From Sphagnum compactum (lineage: Eukaryota): a stretch of 64,000 bases of DNA. The stretch covers positions 17,970,213-18,034,212 of the forward strand of contig OZ234493.1 of assembly GCA_965153455.1 (NCBI GenBank), written 5' to 3'. The position numbers and the translations under genes were made by a program. Positions 60,238-64,000 of the stretch are shown here, piece after piece. The notes beneath the pieces are model-generated. The model saw only the letters and a program-made list of their open reading frames with translations. It was not told the origin of the DNA and did not search any database. The first letter of the stretch is position 1. The number at the start of each line of letters is the position of its first letter.

Positions 60238-63200
60238 GTGACATGGCATAAAATGCTACACATGAAAATAAATGGAATGAAATTTAAAGATTGGATTTTG
60301 AGATTGGTTATAAGTTATAGGTATTTACTTACAAAGGAATCAAACCAGGGTAACATGTTACAAATTAATCCAACAAAATGATATGTGACATGGCAGAAAG
60401 GAATGAACCCTGAACCACTGATTTCATAAACCAATGACTAGTCTACTTGGTCTTTGTGAGTCCACAACCCAAATGATGCCATAAACACAACATCAACCCA
60501 TTCATTCGATCCTTTTGGACAAGCTCGATAGCTTACAAGCCTGGCCTTGAAATCATCCAAGGAAAAGTTCTCCCAATCAAACTTCCTCAACATGTATGGA
60601 AGCAAGTGAAACAAGCGAAGTTGTAACCTGATTGGCATAGGTATGAGCCTTTCCCATGCGATTGTCCTGTGTTCATTAACTTCAGATTCTACAAGTTTCA
60701 AGTAATTGTTTTCACGCACCTTGAATGTCTCTCAAATCGTGCAACTCCCGTAGAACAACATTTCGATGCAATGGAGATGGATGTAGGTATGAAAGAATCT
60801 CAATACTTTCATTCTCCCCTCCCATGTTGGAGTGAAGGAGACTTGTTATTCCACGAATCTTCTATTGTAGTGCCATGTGGTAGAAGATGTCAAGGCCTTT
60901 GATATTTTACTCGCCTTTTCTATCCAACTTTTCTACATTGTCAAATGAGGTCAATACTTGAAAAACGGTCTCACCTATAATACCAACAATGGTACTTGTG
61001 TCTTGATCACTTGAAGGAACCAACTTGTTCTCTTTGGTAATTTGTTTTGTAATTTTGGGGTCATCAACATGTGGCTATTCATGTGGCACGTCCAAGATAT
61101 GCTTGCTTGATGTACTTGCAGGCCACTTTTTAGGTGATGGCCCCCCTTTTGACATCCGTTGTCCTAGATTTTTTGATGGGCCTTTCCAACATTGTCTATT
61201 ATTACAAGGTTCTGGCAACAACCCTTTGAAAGATTTGAACCTACACACCTGGACACGGATGTGCTCACCATTGATTGGAGCTTTTTCCAAGGCTGTTTTT
61301 ACATGGACTTCAACTTCGGTGTCAACTTCAATTGAATAGAAAAAGGATCATTGTTTTCAATTTGCCATTTTAGCTATTTCGTTAGTTGGGCATTAAACAA
61401 ATTGGGAAATAGATGGATAAATATGGGTTTATTTGTTTTTAGGTCAATGGGACCATCCGACCACCATTTAAAATTATGGTCAAAAAGTCGCAATTTACTT
61501 CACAATTCCCCTCCATAATACACACATTGGAAGTTAGGACGATCCTTCTTGCCCTCCTGTTTCCTTCTTCTTTGCAGTCATATTGCACAAAATCTCCAAA
61601 ACACTAAAATCTTCCAACTACCACTGGACTTTGTGTTATTTCCTATGGCAACCTAGACCCACCACCATGTTAAAAAAAACCATTCACAATTAATTGTGCC
61701 TATAGTTGTGCAAATAAATAATGAAACTTAATAACATAAACCTTATACTTTTTTTTTGCTCATTTGAGGGTTTTAGATTTTTACAAAACTTCAACCCTTT
61801 GCAATGAATTCACGATTCATAGCTTCACAACAGCAGATCACCGGTTCACAACACCAAAATTGTAGTTTCACACCCAAGTCATGATTACATGTTTCCTGCT
61901 AAATGTTGTTACAATATTAGTTCCCATGTTATAGTTCACCCCATGTTACATCACAAGACTCAAAATAAGAGAATACCTAAATGCAAACACTCAGATGAGG
62001 TGATTTTGCATGCATTTGAACGTGCACATTTGGATTGCTTTATTTTGAATGGCACCCTTCACAAATCGCGACCCTGGTTCGCACACGAGGAAGAATTCAA
62101 AAAATTTAAAGCACTTATAGCAAACTGAAAAAAAACTTGAAATGGAAACCTAATGGTTCCCTTCAATGGAAATTACTAAATTTCTACCAAATATTTCTAA
62201 TCTAGTTGGACACCAAGCAATAACACTTTCACAAATGTTATCAAATACATTATTGATCAACTTCATAGTAATGTATTCACAAACATTTGTGGAAACACAC
62301 AAACCCTAAACCTTGGTGTAGTTCCATGATAACCAACGTTGAATGAACTTAACAACAAAACTGAAACTCCTTTGTCAACCTTGTAATTCAAGAGAATGCA
62401 CAAAATCAAGGTGAAGAAGTTGCTCAACCATGAAATTCATAGTGGCAAATTGTACTCGAATAGTTGGAGGATCCAAGGCGCTGCAACAACACCAAAAAGA
62501 AAGCACAAAATGATGACGCTGAAACGCCCAGGCAAAGCTATTACAAAACGAAACCCTAATGGGGAAAAAATGACATCCCATGGCATGTTGTTTGCATGCA
62601 TTCCATAAGGATGGGGATGGCATCACATCTTACGAAATGGGCATAATATATTCGTGTTACACAAAGGACGCGATTGGGACCAGGTTTCAGGGAAGGGAAG
62701 CGTAACAGGAACGCCCGAGGACAAAACATGTCAGGCCGTACTTTTGTACCGTTCGCAATGCAATGGGGCCAAAAGTTATGGGTTGTAACTTCCCACTGAA
62801 CAGCTAATGAGAGTGTCCTCCAGATTCTGAAGAGTTTCGTAGGTCCCTTTGAAATTAGCAGCTGAAAAGAAGTTGCCACTTAATTTTCGGAGTCCCATGC
62901 CATAGCTGACAAATACTAGCCAATGGGGATCAAGGCCACTTGTCACAAGTTCAGGAAGACTGGCGGAACCCAACCGAAGAAGAAGAAGAAGTATTAGGGT
63001 TAGGGTTTGGAGAAGGTGGTGGACGATTAAAAAATTTGCGAGGACGACGGAGTCCGCGTCGATTTTAGAACTGTAAGCATTTGTAATCGATCCGAAGGTT
63101 TTGTTTGTTGTAGTGATCGGTTGCAGCAAAAATTACGATTGTTTTTTCTGTTGCTTGTTCACCTCTGAATCGGTCTCTTCTCCCACATCTACCTTAAATT

Positions 63201-64000
63201 CCCCTCCGGAAGCTTTCGTCAATCCGTAAGGAACTTGCCAAGATGTTCCTCGATTTCGAGAAGAAAGAAGAAGACGGCTGCGTACGGGGGTTGATGGTGC
63301 TAAGGATTTTCTGTAGATCGATTTAGTCCTTCGTTGCGAATTGCAAAAGAAAAAATAAAATAGGAAGAACGGAGGATCTTGAAGGAAAAGAAAGCAAGGC
63401 CCGTGGTGGTTGTGATTGGATTGCTTTTTTGGGTCTGAGGAAGGAAAGGCAAGCTGGAGGATCACGTAAGGTACAGAGGAGGTGGTGGTGGAGGATTGGG
63501 GACGTCAAGTGGAGGTGCATTCGATGGAGGAGCGATATCTGCACATAGCCAGGCGGCAGCGCTCGACCCTTCGACGCGTCAGTCTCTAATTCGCAAACAA
63601 GGCGAGAACAAACTTCGAGGTACGATTCACACCAATCTGACTCATACTGGTCGCGGTCCTACTCTAGCTATGGAAGGTCATGGCGAGGAGGAGGCGGAGG
63701 AGGATCTCAGGGACAGCAGGAAGTAGCTGAATCTGGCATTGACTTCTACTGGTTTATTGGCTTCTTCGTGATCGTGGGTACGCCAGATTTTCTTTCCTCT
63801 TCAGCTTCTCCCTCTTTGTTTTTGTTTTGGTGCTTCGTTTTAGGTCAAATATTTAAGGGTTCAAACCAGTGTGGTGAGGGTACCCGGTTTGTAGTGTTAG
63901 ATTCTGGGGTTCAGGTTCTTGTGCCCTGGACTGGAGGTGGCACCCTTTTGTTGGAACTGGCACAAGAATGGCACCAAGGAACAAGCGTTTTTACAAGATC
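60238..64000 (+). repeat. Segmental duplication, copy 2 (direct repeat of 25251-29059; runs off the window end)
   Basis: Colinear match; duplicated ORF-track peptides, e.g. 26941/61889, 28412/63323 and 28552/63496. Confidence 0.95.
63524..64000 (+). pseudogene. Second APD-like RING ligase copy: exon 1 (63524-63777) and start of intron 1; status unresolved
   Basis: Near-identical to 28580-29059, including the same frame break after the ATG and the G|GTACGC donor. Confidence 0.75.

Overview
Eukaryotic, intron-rich land-plant nuclear DNA. The gene content (alpha/beta-hydrolase-NB-ARC-LRR, APD-type RING ligase, plant tRNA-Asp) and repeat style suggest a bryophyte, probably a Sphagnum-like moss; this is inference, no search was run. 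From left to right: the 5' part of a saposin-B (prosaposin-like) gene (-); a complete 6-exon V-ATPase subunit E gene (+); tRNA-Asp(GTC) (-); an NFRKB/INO80-subunit-like gene with an intact 496-codon DEUBAD-containing 5' ORF and a decayed 3' half (-); a transposon-derived block at about 16.5-27.8 kb (hAT remnant, solo-LTR-like repeat, palindromic G-box minisatellite, Ulp1-protease remnant); an APD-like RING E3 ligase pseudogene (+); an 8.5-kb rearrangement; a hydrolase-NB-ARC-LRR immune-receptor gene with about 32 in-frame and about 33 decayed 72-bp LRR units; about 10 kb of AT-rich intergenic DNA; and the start of a second copy of the 25.2-29.1 kb segment (about 35 kb spacing). The rearrangement is the most striking structure. 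It has the form A-E-rc(A)|rc(B)-E-B: two back-to-back long inverted repeats, one of the RING-gene 3' end and one of the NLR upstream region and first exon. Both are centred on the same ~220-bp spacer, which starts with an identical 58-bp palindrome, and the A|B junction shows a snap-back end-joining signature. Exon boundaries were read by hand; identities and repeat counts are by-eye estimates.
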